A DNA stretch of 64,000 nt from the NCBI GenBank assembly GCA_963663275.1, contig OY760183.1, positions 3,264,001 through 3,328,000 of the forward strand, given 5' to 3'. The stretch is from Chloroflexota bacterium. Lineage in GTDB: Bacteria > Chloroflexota > UBA11872 > VXOZ01. Numbering within the stretch: position 1 is the stretch's first letter; each line of letters begins with the position of its first letter. The position numbers were made by a program, and so were the translations under genes. Below the pieces are notes generated by a model. That model was not told the DNA's origin. It saw nothing but the letters and a program-made list of their open reading frames with translations, and did no database searches. This document shows positions 37,685-48,384 of the stretch, one piece after another.

Positions 37685-38686
37685 ATGTTGCCAAGCAAGC
37701 GCCCGCTTCGCCGCGTTATCGCTTTGCGCCCGCCGTGCGCGCTTGTGCGCGCGCGGCGTCTCTTGCCGCCCGGCTTGTGGTGGACGTTGCTCGCCGCGCT
37801 CCTCATTGCCGCGTGCAGCGCGGCCGCTGCGCCGGGCGCGCCGCTTCAGCCGGACGAGCCGTCCGGCAAGGCCGCGCCCACGCCGATTGTCGTATCGCCG
37901 GGCGCTTTTGCGCGGCGAAACCCCATGCCGGCCCCAACCGTCTCGCCGACGCCGCCGCCGACGCCGGTTCCTTCTCCCACGCCCGACTTCTCGAAACTGC
38001 CCTACGAGACCCGCATCTGGGAGGTGCGCCGGGGCGATCCTCACGCCCGCGCCGTAGCCCTTACTTTCGACGCCGGTTCCATTGCCACCTTCACGCCGTC
38101 GATGCTGGACACGCTGCGCCAGCACGACGTGCGCGTCACCATCTTCATGACCGGCGAGTTCGCCGACCGCTACCCCGACCTGCTCAAGCGGATGATCGCC
38201 GACGGGCACGAAATCGGCAACCACAGCTACTGGCACCCCGACTTCACCGAACTCGACGACGAGGAAATCCGCCGCGAACTCGCGCGCACGGAAAGAGCCG
38301 TCAAGCGGATAACGGGCGTGAGCACCAAGCCCTGGTTCCGCGCCCCGTACGGCGCGCGCAATTACCACGTTACCGACCTCGTCGTCCGCGAAGGCTACTG
38401 GAGCATCTACTGGACGATCGACACGGACGACTGGCGGGAAGAGGCCAATCCCGACTTCATCTTGCAGCGCATCCGCGACAGGCTGCAAAACGGCGCGATC
38501 ATCCTGGCCCACCTCTCCAGCCACCACACCATGGCCGCCCTGCCGGACATCTTGACCGAACTGAAGCAACAGGGCTACCGCATTGTGAAGGTCTCCGAGA
38601 TTCTGCAAGCGCCCGCGGTCACGCCCACTCCGCCGCCGCCCATCATCCTCGAACCGACGCCCACCGTGGTGCTGGCGCGCCCTTGA
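37685..38686 (+). CDS. Polysaccharide deacetylase (CE4/NodB) lipoprotein
   Basis: LLIAAC lipobox, P/T linker, LTFDAG, GNHSYWHP, FRAPYG, IILAH. Confidence 0.85.
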   Translation: MLPSKRPLRRVIALRPPCALVRARRLLPPGLWWTLLAALLIAACSAAAAPGAPLQPDEPSGKAAPTPIVVSPGAFARRNPMPAPTVSPTPPPTPVPSPTPDFSKLPYETRIWEVRRGDPHARAVALTFDAGSIATFTPSMLDTLRQHDVRVTIFMTGEFADRYPDLLKRMIADGHEIGNHSYWHPDFTELDDEEIRRELARTERAVKRITGVSTKPWFRAPYGARNYHVTDLVVREGYWSIYWTIDTDDWREEANPDFILQRIRDRLQNGAIILAHLSSHHTMAALPDILTELKQQGYRIVKVSEILQAPAVTPTPPPPIILEPTPTVVLARP

Positions 38687-38711
38687 CAGTTTCCGGCGGC
38701 TTGCGTAGAAT
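38683..38711 (+). promoter_or_regulatory. sigma70/sigmaA promoter of the trp operon leader
   Basis: TTGACA(38683-38688)-17 bp-TAGAAT(38706-38711). Confidence 0.85.
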
Positions 38712-38735
38712 GTGAACCACAACTGAAGATACCAA

Positions 38736-39055
38736 AGGCGATGATCAGGAAGAGTACGCTGACAAGGCGGCCTCGAGAGAGCCGGGGAACGGTGGGATCC
38801 CGGTGGCGCGCGGACAGCGGAATGGGCCTGGGAGCTGTGGCCTGAACGATGGTCGCAAGAGCGGATTGAGTTAGGACGTTCGCTTACGCGGTCGCCAAGT
38901 AGGCGCCAACGGAACCCCTACCGTAGACATTGGGGCAGGCATGAAACCGCCGACGGCGGGGAGCGCCTGAGCAAACGAAGCGGGCCGCGCTATGCGGCCA
39001 AGAAGGGTGGCACCGCGAGATTCTTTCTCGTCCCTTTGGGGACGAGATTTTTTCT
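38736..39055 (+). ncRNA. T-box riboswitch, Trp-specific (transcriptional)
   Basis: Stem I with GA motif, AGTA, AGAGA/GGTG; specifier GAA-TGG (TGG at 38823-38825); T-box AAGGGTGGCACCGCG (39003-39017); terminator TCTCGTCCC/GGGACGAGA with U tract. Confidence 0.93.
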
Positions 39056-39084
39056 TTAATGCAGGAGCCTCAACGAGGAACGTC

Positions 39085-40605
39085 ATGGCAGTTACGCAAG
39101 CCGCGCCGGGCACGGTATTTGCCGGTATTCAGCCGGATCCAGACGCGGTGCGCGCGCTCGCCGCGGAGGGGCTGACCGTACCCATTTCGCGCACTATTCC
39201 CGCGGACCTGGAAACGCCGGTCTCCGCCTACCTCAAGATCGCCCAGGGCGACTATTCGTTCCTGCTGGAAAGCGTGCAAGGAGGCGAGAGCCTGGGCCGC
39301 TACTCGTTCATCGGCACGAATCCTTCCACCGTGATACGCATGGACAACGGCACGGCCACCCGCACGCGGCACGGCGCCAGCGCGTCGCGCGCCTACACAG
39401 ACCCGCTCAAGGTGCTGGAAGAGGAAATCGCCCGTACCGACCTCGCCGTCATGCCCGGCCTGCCGCGTTTTCAGGGCGGCGCGGTCGGCTACCTCGGTTA
39501 TGAGACCGTGCGCTACTTCGAGCCCCGGGTGCCCCTGCCGGCCGAGGACGCCCTGCCCGTGCCCGAGGCGATCTTCATGTTTACCGACAGCCTGGTCATG
39601 TTCGACCACGTGAAGCACAGCCTCACCATCATTGCCTACGTCTCGCCTCACGGCGACGTTGACGAAAACTACGAAACGGCGGTCGCCGCGATCGAGGACA
39701 TCAACGCCCGCCTCCACACCGCCGTGCCCACCGTGCGCGGCACGGGAAGACCGGGCGAGGCACAGCCAAGCATGACCGAGGCGCAGCACCACGCGATGGT
39801 GCGCGCCGCCAAGGAATACATCGCCGCCGGCGACATCATCCAGTCGGTGCTGGGCCTGCGCTGGTCGCGGCCTTTGGGCGTGCATCCGTATTCGGTCTAC
39901 CGGGCGCTGCGCATGATCAACCCTTCGCCGTACATGTTCTACCTGAATCTTGACGACGTGCAGATCGTCGGCGCGTCACCGGAGATGCTGGTGCGCGTGG
40001 AAGGCGCGCACGCCACCACCCGCCCCATCGCCGGCACCCGCCGCCGGGGCGGCACGCCGGAAGAAGACGCGGCTTTGGCCGAGGAACTGCTCGCCGACGA
40101 GAAAGAACGCGCCGAACACATCATGCTGGTTGACCTGGGACGCAACGACCTGGGGCGCGTCTGCCGCGCCGGTTCGGTGCACGTGCCGACGCTCATGGTG
40201 GTGGAAGAGTTTTCCCACGTCATGCACATCGTTTCGCAAGTGGAAGGCGAACTGGCGCCGGGCAAGACGGCCTTCGACGCGCTGCGCTCGTGCTTTCCGG
40301 CCGGCACGCTCTCCGGCGCGCCCAAAGTGCGCGCCATGGAGATCATCTCCGAACTGGAAGGCACCACGCGCGGGCCTTACGGCGGCGCGGTCGGCTACTT
40401 CGACTACTCCGGCAACATGGACATGGCAATCACGATTCGCACCATGACCGTGCAGGACAACACGGCCTACATCCAGGCCGGAGGCGGCATCGTGGCGGAT
40501 TCCGATCCCGAAGAGGAGTACCAGGAGGTGTGCAACAAGGCCGCCTCGACCATGCGCGCAATCGACGTTGCGGAGGAGATGGAACGTGATCTTCATGCTG
40601 GATAA
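39085..40605 (+). CDS. trpE: Anthranilate synthase component I
   Basis: ADLETPVSAY, LLES, NPSPYM, GASPE, PIAGT, AEHIMLVDLGRND, FPAGTLSGAPK. Confidence 0.95.
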   Translation: MAVTQAAPGTVFAGIQPDPDAVRALAAEGLTVPISRTIPADLETPVSAYLKIAQGDYSFLLESVQGGESLGRYSFIGTNPSTVIRMDNGTATRTRHGASASRAYTDPLKVLEEEIARTDLAVMPGLPRFQGGAVGYLGYETVRYFEPRVPLPAEDALPVPEAIFMFTDSLVMFDHVKHSLTIIAYVSPHGDVDENYETAVAAIEDINARLHTAVPTVRGTGRPGEAQPSMTEAQHHAMVRAAKEYIAAGDIIQSVLGLRWSRPLGVHPYSVYRALRMINPSPYMFYLNLDDVQIVGASPEMLVRVEGAHATTRPIAGTRRRGGTPEEDAALAEELLADEKERAEHIMLVDLGRNDLGRVCRAGSVHVPTLMVVEEFSHVMHIVSQVEGELAPGKTAFDALRSCFPAGTLSGAPKVRAMEIISELEGTTRGPYGGAVGYFDYSGNMDMAITIRTMTVQDNTAYIQAGGGIVADSDPEEEYQEVCNKAASTMRAIDVAEEMERDLHAG

Positions 40606-41209
40606 CTACGACTCGTTTACGTACAACCTGGTGCAGTACATGGGGGAACTGGGCGCGGAGATGGAAGTGGCGCGCAACGACAAGACCACCACCGAGTCCG
40701 TGCTGGCGCTGGAGCCGGACGGCATCGTCATCTCGCCGGGCCCGTGCACGCCCAACGAGGCCGGCATCTCCAACGACCTCATCGCGCGGGCCGCGGGCAG
40801 GATACCCTTGCTCGGCGTCTGCCTCGGCCACCAGTGCATCGGCCAGGTGTTCGGCGGCAGCGTGATACGCGCCGCTACCCTGATGCACGGCAAGACCTCG
40901 CTGATCCACCACTACGGCGGCGAACTCTTCGCGGGCCTGGAGAATCCCTTTGTGGCGACGCGCTACCATTCGCTGCTCTTGGATCCGGCGCGCGTGCCGC
41001 CGGCGCTGGACGTGACGGCAAAGGCCGACGACGGCACGATCATGAGCCTGCGCCACCGGCAGTATCCGGTCTACGGCGTGCAGTTTCACCCCGAATCCAT
41101 CCTGACCACGGAAGGCAAGAAACTCCTGCGGAACTTTCTCAATATCGTCGAGCAGCAGCGGGCGCGGGAAGGGCAAGCGACTGCCGCGCGCCAGGGAGCA
41201 GGGCAATGA
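40586..41209 (+). CDS. trpG: Anthranilate synthase component II (glutamine amidotransferase)
   Basis: DNYDSFTYNL, SPGP, GVCLGHQ, RYHSL, QFHPES; GTG start overlapping trpE. Confidence 0.95.
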   Translation: MIFMLDNYDSFTYNLVQYMGELGAEMEVARNDKTTTESVLALEPDGIVISPGPCTPNEAGISNDLIARAAGRIPLLGVCLGHQCIGQVFGGSVIRAATLMHGKTSLIHHYGGELFAGLENPFVATRYHSLLLDPARVPPALDVTAKADDGTIMSLRHRQYPVYGVQFHPESILTTEGKKLLRNFLNIVEQQRAREGQATAARQGAGQ

Positions 41210-42222
41210 TCCGCGAAGCCACGACGAAAGTAATCGAAGGCGCGTCCCTCACCCGCGACGAGGCGGCGGCGGCAATGACCGAAATCATGGACGCGGCGTG
41301 CACCCCGGCGCAATTCGGCGCGTTTGTCACGGCGCTCCGCGCGAAAGGCGAGACCGCCGACGAGATTGCCGGGTGCCTTGCCGTCATGCGCGACAAAGCG
41401 CTGCCCGTGTCGGTCAGCCAGCCGGTTGCTGACACCTGCGGTACGGGAGGCGACGGCGTGGGTACCTTCAATGTCTCCACTGCCACCGCTCTCGTCCTGG
41501 CGGCGGCCGGCCAACCCGTGGCTAAGCACGGCAACCGCGCCATGAGCAGCGCCTGCGGCAGCGCCGACGTGCTGGAGGCCCTCGGCGTACAGATTGAGCT
41601 TGGCCCCGAGGCGGTGGCGCAGTGCATCGAGCAGGTTGGCATCGGATTTATGTTCGCCCAAGCCTATCATCCCGCTATGAAATTCGCCGCGCCGCTGCGC
41701 CGCGAAATCGGCATTCGCACCATCTTCAACATTCTCGGCCCGCTGACCAATCCCGCCGGGGCAAGCTACCGCGTGTTCGGCGTCGCCGACCCGGGTCTCG
41801 CGGATGACATTGCCCATGCGCTGAGCGCGCTCGGTGTCAGCCGCGCGCTGGTCGTGCACGGTGAAGCCGACGGTGTTGATGAAATCTCCATCAGCGGACC
41901 CACGCTGGTGACAGAATGGAATGGCAATGACGTGCAAAACTATCGCTTGGCGCCGGCCGACTTCGGCCTCGCCACAGCGCCGGTGAGTGAAATCAGGGGC
42001 GGTTCGGTAGATGAAAACGCCCAATACGTGCGCGACGTGGTGGCCGGCGCGCCCGGCCCGCGCCGCGACGTGGTAGTGATGAACGCCGCCGCCGGCCTCG
42101 TCGTCAGCGGCAGAGCGGGCGATTGGAAAGAAGGCGCGCAACAGGCCACAGCCGCCATCGAGAGCGGCCAAGCCGCCGCCAAGCTGGATGCGCTCGCAAG
42201 CCTTAGTCAGCGCCTCGCCTAG
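41206..42222 (+). CDS. trpD: Anthranilate phosphoribosyltransferase
   Basis: DTCGTGGDG, NVST, KHGNR, GSADVLE, RTIFNILGPL; ATGA coupling. Confidence 0.95.
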   Translation: MIREATTKVIEGASLTRDEAAAAMTEIMDAACTPAQFGAFVTALRAKGETADEIAGCLAVMRDKALPVSVSQPVADTCGTGGDGVGTFNVSTATALVLAAAGQPVAKHGNRAMSSACGSADVLEALGVQIELGPEAVAQCIEQVGIGFMFAQAYHPAMKFAAPLRREIGIRTIFNILGPLTNPAGASYRVFGVADPGLADDIAHALSALGVSRALVVHGEADGVDEISISGPTLVTEWNGNDVQNYRLAPADFGLATAPVSEIRGGSVDENAQYVRDVVAGAPGPRRDVVVMNAAAGLVVSGRAGDWKEGAQQATAAIESGQAAAKLDALASLSQRLA

Positions 42223-42370
42223 CGCCGCGCCAAGCCGGGTTTGGCAGGTCAAGCTAGGTTTGACAGATAATGAAACTCCGCATCTGTCCCCTCTCCCTGA
42301 GGGAGAGGGTTAGGGTGAGGGTGAAACATCAGAGCAAGACAAGGTTGAAGAGGCACCAGGGACAACGCAG

Positions 42371-43252
42371 ATGATTCTCGACATAATCCTGCAACATAAA
42401 GAACACGAGTTGGCAGAGCGGCAATCTGCCGTGCCCTTGCCCGCATTGGTAAAGAAGGCGGAAGCGGCGGACCCGCCCCGCGACTTCGCGGCCGCCCTGC
42501 GGCAGGACGGCATCCGGCTCATCGCCGAGATCAAGCGCGCCTCGCCTTCCAAAGGCGTGTTCGCCCCCGGCCTCGACCCGGCGGCGCTGGCGCAAACCTA
42601 CGAGGCCGGCGGCGCCAGCGCCCTCTCCGTGCTCACGGACGCACGGTTCTTCCAGGGATCGCTGGACGATCTGGCAGCCGCGCGAGCAGCCGTGCGCATA
42701 CCCGCCTTGCGCAAGGATTTTACGACGGACGAATACCACATTGTCGAGGCTCGCGCCTCCAGAGCCGACGCGGTGCTCCTCATCGTGGCCGCGCTCCCGC
42801 AGCCGCGCTTGGCCGCGCTGCTCCGCTGCGCCGCGGATTGGGGCATGGCCGCCATCGTGGAAGTGCACACGGCGGAGGAAACCGCGCAAGCCCTGGCCGT
42901 AGACGCGGCCATCATCGGCATCAACAACCGCAACCTGTACACCTTCGAGACCACGCTTGAGACTACGGCGGAACTCCGCCAACTCATCCCAAGCGACCGC
43001 TTGGTCATTAGCGAAAGCGGCATCCACACGCCCGCCGACGTAGCGCGGCTGCACGATTGGAACGTAGACGCCATGCTCGTCGGCGAATCGCTGGTTACCG
43101 CTTCCGACACAGCCGCCAAAGTTGCAGAGTTGGTCGCCGCGGCGCAGGAATCAGCGGAAGTCCCGCCTGTCGCGAAAGCCTCGCCATCCGCGCATGCCCC
43201 GCCATCCGTCATTCCGGCGAAAGCCGGAATCCAGAGGGAGCGCGCCCCGTGA
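42371..43252 (+). CDS. trpC: Indole-3-glycerol-phosphate synthase with repeat-derived C-terminal extension
   Basis: IAEIKRASPSKG, LRKDF, VEVH, GINNRNL, SESGI, LVGESL. Confidence 0.95.
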   Translation: MILDIILQHKEHELAERQSAVPLPALVKKAEAADPPRDFAAALRQDGIRLIAEIKRASPSKGVFAPGLDPAALAQTYEAGGASALSVLTDARFFQGSLDDLAAARAAVRIPALRKDFTTDEYHIVEARASRADAVLLIVAALPQPRLAALLRCAADWGMAAIVEVHTAEETAQALAVDAAIIGINNRNLYTFETTLETTAELRQLIPSDRLVISESGIHTPADVARLHDWNVDAMLVGESLVTASDTAAKVAELVAAAQESAEVPPVAKASPSAHAPPSVIPAKAGIQRERAP

Positions 43253-43941
43253 CAAGGGTCATTGAATCTATGAAATCCAACCAAAACACGGCGCAGTCTT
43301 CCATCACGCCCAAAGTGAAGATCTGCGGCATCATGGCGCTTGCCGACGCGGAAGCAGCCGTGGCGCACGGCGCGGACTTCCTCGGCTTCGTCTTCGTCAA
43401 GGGCAGACGGCGGTGCATGGCGGTGGCAGACACCCGCGCAATTGTCCGGTCGCTTGGCTCAGCGTGTCCGCCGGCTGTGGGGCTTTTTCTCGATGAGGAC
43501 CCGGCGACCGTCCGGCAGGTGGTGGCGGCGTGCGGGCTGGAGTACGCGCAGTTGTGCGGCCAGGAAACGCCCGCTTACTGCGCCGGCTTGGGCATCCCGC
43601 ACTGGAAAGTCGTAAACCTGCATTCAATGGCGGATTACGCGCGCATGACGCCGTACGACGCGGCCGCCGCCTTTGTGCTGGAGGGCGCCGACAATGGGCC
43701 CGGCGGCACCGGCCAGTCTTGGGACTATGGGCTCGCGGCCAATGCGCCCCGCGACCGCCCCACGCTCATGGCCGGCGGGCTTTCACCGGACAACGTCAGC
43801 GCCGCCATCGCCCAAGCGCGGCCCTGGGGCGTGGACGTAAGCAGCGGCGTGGAAACCAACGGCAAGAAAGACCCCGACAAGATTGCCGCATTTATCCGTC
43901 TCGCCAAACAGAATCCGGCGTCACGAAAGGCAGCCCCATGA
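43249..43941 (+). CDS. trpF: Phosphoribosylanthranilate isomerase
   Basis: VKICGI, GGTG, AGGL, GVDVSSGVE. Confidence 0.92.
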   Translation: MTRVIESMKSNQNTAQSSITPKVKICGIMALADAEAAVAHGADFLGFVFVKGRRRCMAVADTRAIVRSLGSACPPAVGLFLDEDPATVRQVVAACGLEYAQLCGQETPAYCAGLGIPHWKVVNLHSMADYARMTPYDAAAAFVLEGADNGPGGTGQSWDYGLAANAPRDRPTLMAGGLSPDNVSAAIAQARPWGVDVSSGVETNGKKDPDKIAAFIRLAKQNPASRKAAP

Positions 43942-44147
43942 AACGCTTGCAGGAAATAGTCGATGAACTGCCGCCGGAGTTGCAACAGGAAGTCTACGAC
44001 TTCGCGCAATTCCTGCACGAGAAGAGGGCACGGCCAAAACGCAAGGGAAAGCTGCGCCTCACCTGGGCGGGCGGTCTCGCTGAGTATCGCGACCGCTATA
44101 CTTCACTTGATCTCCAACGCAAAGCACTCGAGTGGTGGGGAGACTAA
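43938..44147 (+). CDS. DUF2281-like antitoxin (VapB)
   Basis: LPPELQQEVYDFAQFL...WAGGL...ALEWWGD; ATGA overlap with trpF. Confidence 0.8.
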   Translation: MKRLQEIVDELPPELQQEVYDFAQFLHEKRARPKRKGKLRLTWAGGLAEYRDRYTSLDLQRKALEWWGD

Positions 44148-44551
44148 TGTTCCTCGTTGATACGAATGTATGGCTGGAAGTCTTACTTAACCAGGAAAAG
44201 GCAGCAGAGGCACAGGAGTTTCTCAGTTCAATCGAGCCAAGCCACCTGGTTCTGACAGATTTCACTCTTTATTCAATTGGGATCATACTTACCCGACTTG
44301 GAAAAGATCAGCTATTCTCCGATTTCACCTCAGACACGCTTGAAAGTGGTGACGTTAGCACTGTTCGACTAACGACTGCGGACCTACAAGACCTGCTTAT
44401 AGTGAGGCAGCGGTTTCGACTTGATTTCGACGATGCCTATCAATATGCTGCCGCTGAAAAGTACGGCTTCATGCTCGTAAGCTTTGACACTGACTTTGAT
44501 AACACAGACCTTGGAAGAAGAACCCCCAACCAAGCTATCGCAAAATCCTAA
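44147..44551 (+). CDS. vapC: PIN-domain toxin (VapC)
   Basis: FLVDTNVWLE, LDFDDAYQY, LVSFDTDFD; TAATG overlap; lower GC. Confidence 0.88.
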   Translation: MFLVDTNVWLEVLLNQEKAAEAQEFLSSIEPSHLVLTDFTLYSIGIILTRLGKDQLFSDFTSDTLESGDVSTVRLTTADLQDLLIVRQRFRLDFDDAYQYAAAEKYGFMLVSFDTDFDNTDLGRRTPNQAIAKS

Positions 44552-44570
44552 GCGAGGAGGACCAATCACT

Positions 44571-45698
44571 GTGCCACGACCACCTCAGAAACGCATTCTC
44601 ACCGGCATGCGCACCACCGGCGCGGCGCATCTCGGCCATTACGCCGGGGCTCTGCGCAACTGGGTCGAAATGCAAGGCGAATACGAGTGTTACTTCCTGC
44701 TCGCCGACGTGCAGGCCTTTAGCACGCACTTCGACGATCCGCAACGGATCGTCGAATCCCTGCACGAAATGGTGCTCGACTGGCTCGCCGTCGGCCTCGA
44801 CCCCACCAAGCAGGGCAACATCTTCTTCGTCTTGCAGAGCCAGATTCAGGATCTCACCGAACTCACCACCTACTTCTCCATGCTCACGCCGATGGCCTAC
44901 GTCGAGCGCAACCCCACCATCAAGAGCGAGCGCGCCCAGTACGGCGAGCGCGCCGGCAATTTGGGGTTCTACAACTATCCGGTCTCCCAGGCCGCCGACG
45001 TGCTGCTCTTCACGCCGCCGCCGCCCCACGTAGACGGCGACGAACTCTGCGTGCCGGTGGGCGAAGACCAACTGCCGCTGCTGGAACTCACCAACGACAT
45101 CGCCGGCTGGTTCAACCGTACCTACGACCGGGTCTTCCTGCAATGCACGCACCGCCTCAGCGAGGTGCCGCGCCTCATGGGCACCGACGGCCAGGCGAAG
45201 ATGAGCAAGAGCCTGGGCAACGTCATTCTGCTCAGCGACGACGCGGACACCGTGCAGAAGAAAGTCATGAGCATGTACACCGATCCCACGCGGCTGCGCG
45301 CTACCGATCCCGGCCACGTGGAAGGCAACCCGGTGTTCATGTACCACGACGCCTTCAATCCGGACGTGGCCGAGGTGGACGAACTGAAAGACCGCTACCG
45401 CAAGGGCCGGGTCGGCGACGTGGAGGTGAAGCGCAAACTGGTTGCCGCCCTCAACGGGATGCTCGATCCCATCCGGGAGCGGCGCGCCGCCTTCGGGCAA
45501 GACCCGGACATCGTGCGGGAGGTCCTGCGCGGCGGCATCGAGCAGACCCGCGCGGTGGGCGGCGAGACCATGGCCCACGCCCGCGCCGCCATGTACATCG
45601 ACTATCCGAAACTGCTCGCGCAGCCCCCATCCGTCACTCCCGCGAAAGCGGGAGTCCAGGGGCGGGGAGCGGATGGATTCCCGCCTGCGCGGGAATGA
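44571..45698 (+). CDS. trpS: Tryptophan--tRNA ligase
   Basis: TGMRTTG.AHLGH, YPVSQAADVL, VPVGEDQ, KMSKS; GAGGAGG RBS. Confidence 0.95.
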   Translation: MPRPPQKRILTGMRTTGAAHLGHYAGALRNWVEMQGEYECYFLLADVQAFSTHFDDPQRIVESLHEMVLDWLAVGLDPTKQGNIFFVLQSQIQDLTELTTYFSMLTPMAYVERNPTIKSERAQYGERAGNLGFYNYPVSQAADVLLFTPPPPHVDGDELCVPVGEDQLPLLELTNDIAGWFNRTYDRVFLQCTHRLSEVPRLMGTDGQAKMSKSLGNVILLSDDADTVQKKVMSMYTDPTRLRATDPGHVEGNPVFMYHDAFNPDVAEVDELKDRYRKGRVGDVEVKRKLVAALNGMLDPIRERRAAFGQDPDIVREVLRGGIEQTRAVGGETMAHARAAMYIDYPKLLAQPPSVTPAKAGVQGRGADGFPPARE

Positions 45699-45700
45699 CG
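45632..45700. repeat. Palindrome family C pair (GTCAnTCCnGCGAAAGCnGGAnTCCA) forming the trpS 3' end
   Basis: Also at 5505-5531, 24991-25017, 43208-43233, 49186-49228, 61758-61783. Confidence 0.85.
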
Positions 45701-45852
45701 GGCTGCGAATTGTCTCTCTGCACACGTAGTGAAGTGAGGCGTCAGCACACCCTAAGCCACACCGCGAGGTGCGCAACGCTACAGAGACGAAGACTGCCCC
45801 GTAGATCACGCGCCTCGCATCCGAGACAGAGCATTGAAATAGGAGCCCTCTT

Positions 45853-47048
<1,196 letters not shown>

Positions 47049-47052
<4 letters not shown>

Positions 47053-47864
47053 GCCGCCTCACCGCGACCTTTGACCAAACCCGGGCGGAAAACCGGGCCG
47101 CGCTGATTACGTTTGCCACCGTCGGCTACCCCTCGCCGGCCGACACGAAACGCGTCGTGCGCGCGCTCCTGGACGGGGGTTCCGACGTGGTGGAACTTGG
47201 CATCCCGTTTTCCGATCCGCTGGCCGACGGCGCCACCATCCAGCACGCCTCGCAGACCGCGCTCGACCAAGGCACGACCCTGGGCATGGCGTTCAACCTG
47301 GTACGCGAGTTGCGGGATGAGGGCGTGACCACACCCCTCGTCTTCATGGGCTACTACAATCCCTTCCTGCGTTACGGCCTCCAGCGCGTCGTCGCGGAAG
47401 CGGCGGAGATCGGCCTGGACGGCTTCATCGTGCCGGACCTGCCGCCGGAGGAAGGGCAGGAGTTTGGCCGCCTGGCCCGTGCCCGCAACCTCGATCTCAT
47501 TCCGCTCCTGGCCCCAACCAGCACCGAATCGCGCATCCGGGCCAACGTCCAGGTCGGCAGCGGTTTCGTCTACTGCGTCTCGCTCACCGGCGTCACCGGC
47601 GCGCGCGAGCAACTCTCCGCCGCGCTGCCGGACTTTCTGGACCGCGTGCGCGCCCACACCGGCCTGCCGCTGGCGGTGGGCTTTGGCGTCTCGCGGCCCG
47701 AGCACGTTGCCACCATCGCGCAACTGGCCGAGGGCGTGGTCAGCGCCAGCGTCTTGATCAACATCCTGGACGAGACCCCGGCCGCGCGGCGCTACCAGGC
47801 GCTGGCCGACCTGGTGCGCGCCATGCGCGAGAAGACTCTGCGCCAGGCCATCGCCAACGACTGA
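47049..47864 (+). CDS. trpA: Tryptophan synthase alpha chain
   Basis: [34 protein letters not shown]. Confidence 0.96.
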
Positions 47865-47967
47865 GCCGGCGGCGCTTCCCTAACGAGGGCTTGGCGCCGG
47901 AGACGTGAAACCGAGATTGGGAGAGAAAGCGCGCCGCTGCTCCGGCGCGTGTGGAAGGAGACCGGCA

Positions 47968-48267
47968 GTGAAAGCGCCAGGTGAATGCCGCGACATGCAA
48001 GACATCCGCGCGGCAATCGACAGCATCGACCAGGAAGTCATCCGCTTGCTCGGCCGGCGGTTCGAGTACGTGCAAGCGGCGGCGCAATTCAAGACGAGCG
48101 CAACCGCGGTGCGCGCGCCGGAGCGGTTCAAGGCGATGCTGGAACAACGGCGCGCCTGGGCGCAAGCGGCCGGCCTGGACCCGGACGTGGTTGCGGGCGT
48201 CTATCGCGACCTGGTGGAGTACTTCATAGCGGAAGAAATGAAGCGCTGGCAGGCGGAATCAGGGTAG
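47968..48267 (+). CDS. Chorismate mutase type II / isochorismate pyruvate lyase (PchB-like)
   Basis: DIRAAIDSID...R...FK...VRAPER...RRAWA; GGAAGGAG RBS. Confidence 0.8.
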   Translation: MKAPGECRDMQDIRAAIDSIDQEVIRLLGRRFEYVQAAAQFKTSATAVRAPERFKAMLEQRRAWAQAAGLDPDVVAGVYRDLVEYFIAEEMKRWQAESG

Positions 48268-48384
48268 CGCGAACAGGGTTCGACGTTCCGCCGCGCTCAG
48301 TTCGGCATGACACGGGAAACCGATGAAAGCGTACGAACCCCAGCCGGCCCTTCGGAACTGGAGAGCCAGTCTGGCAATTTCACC

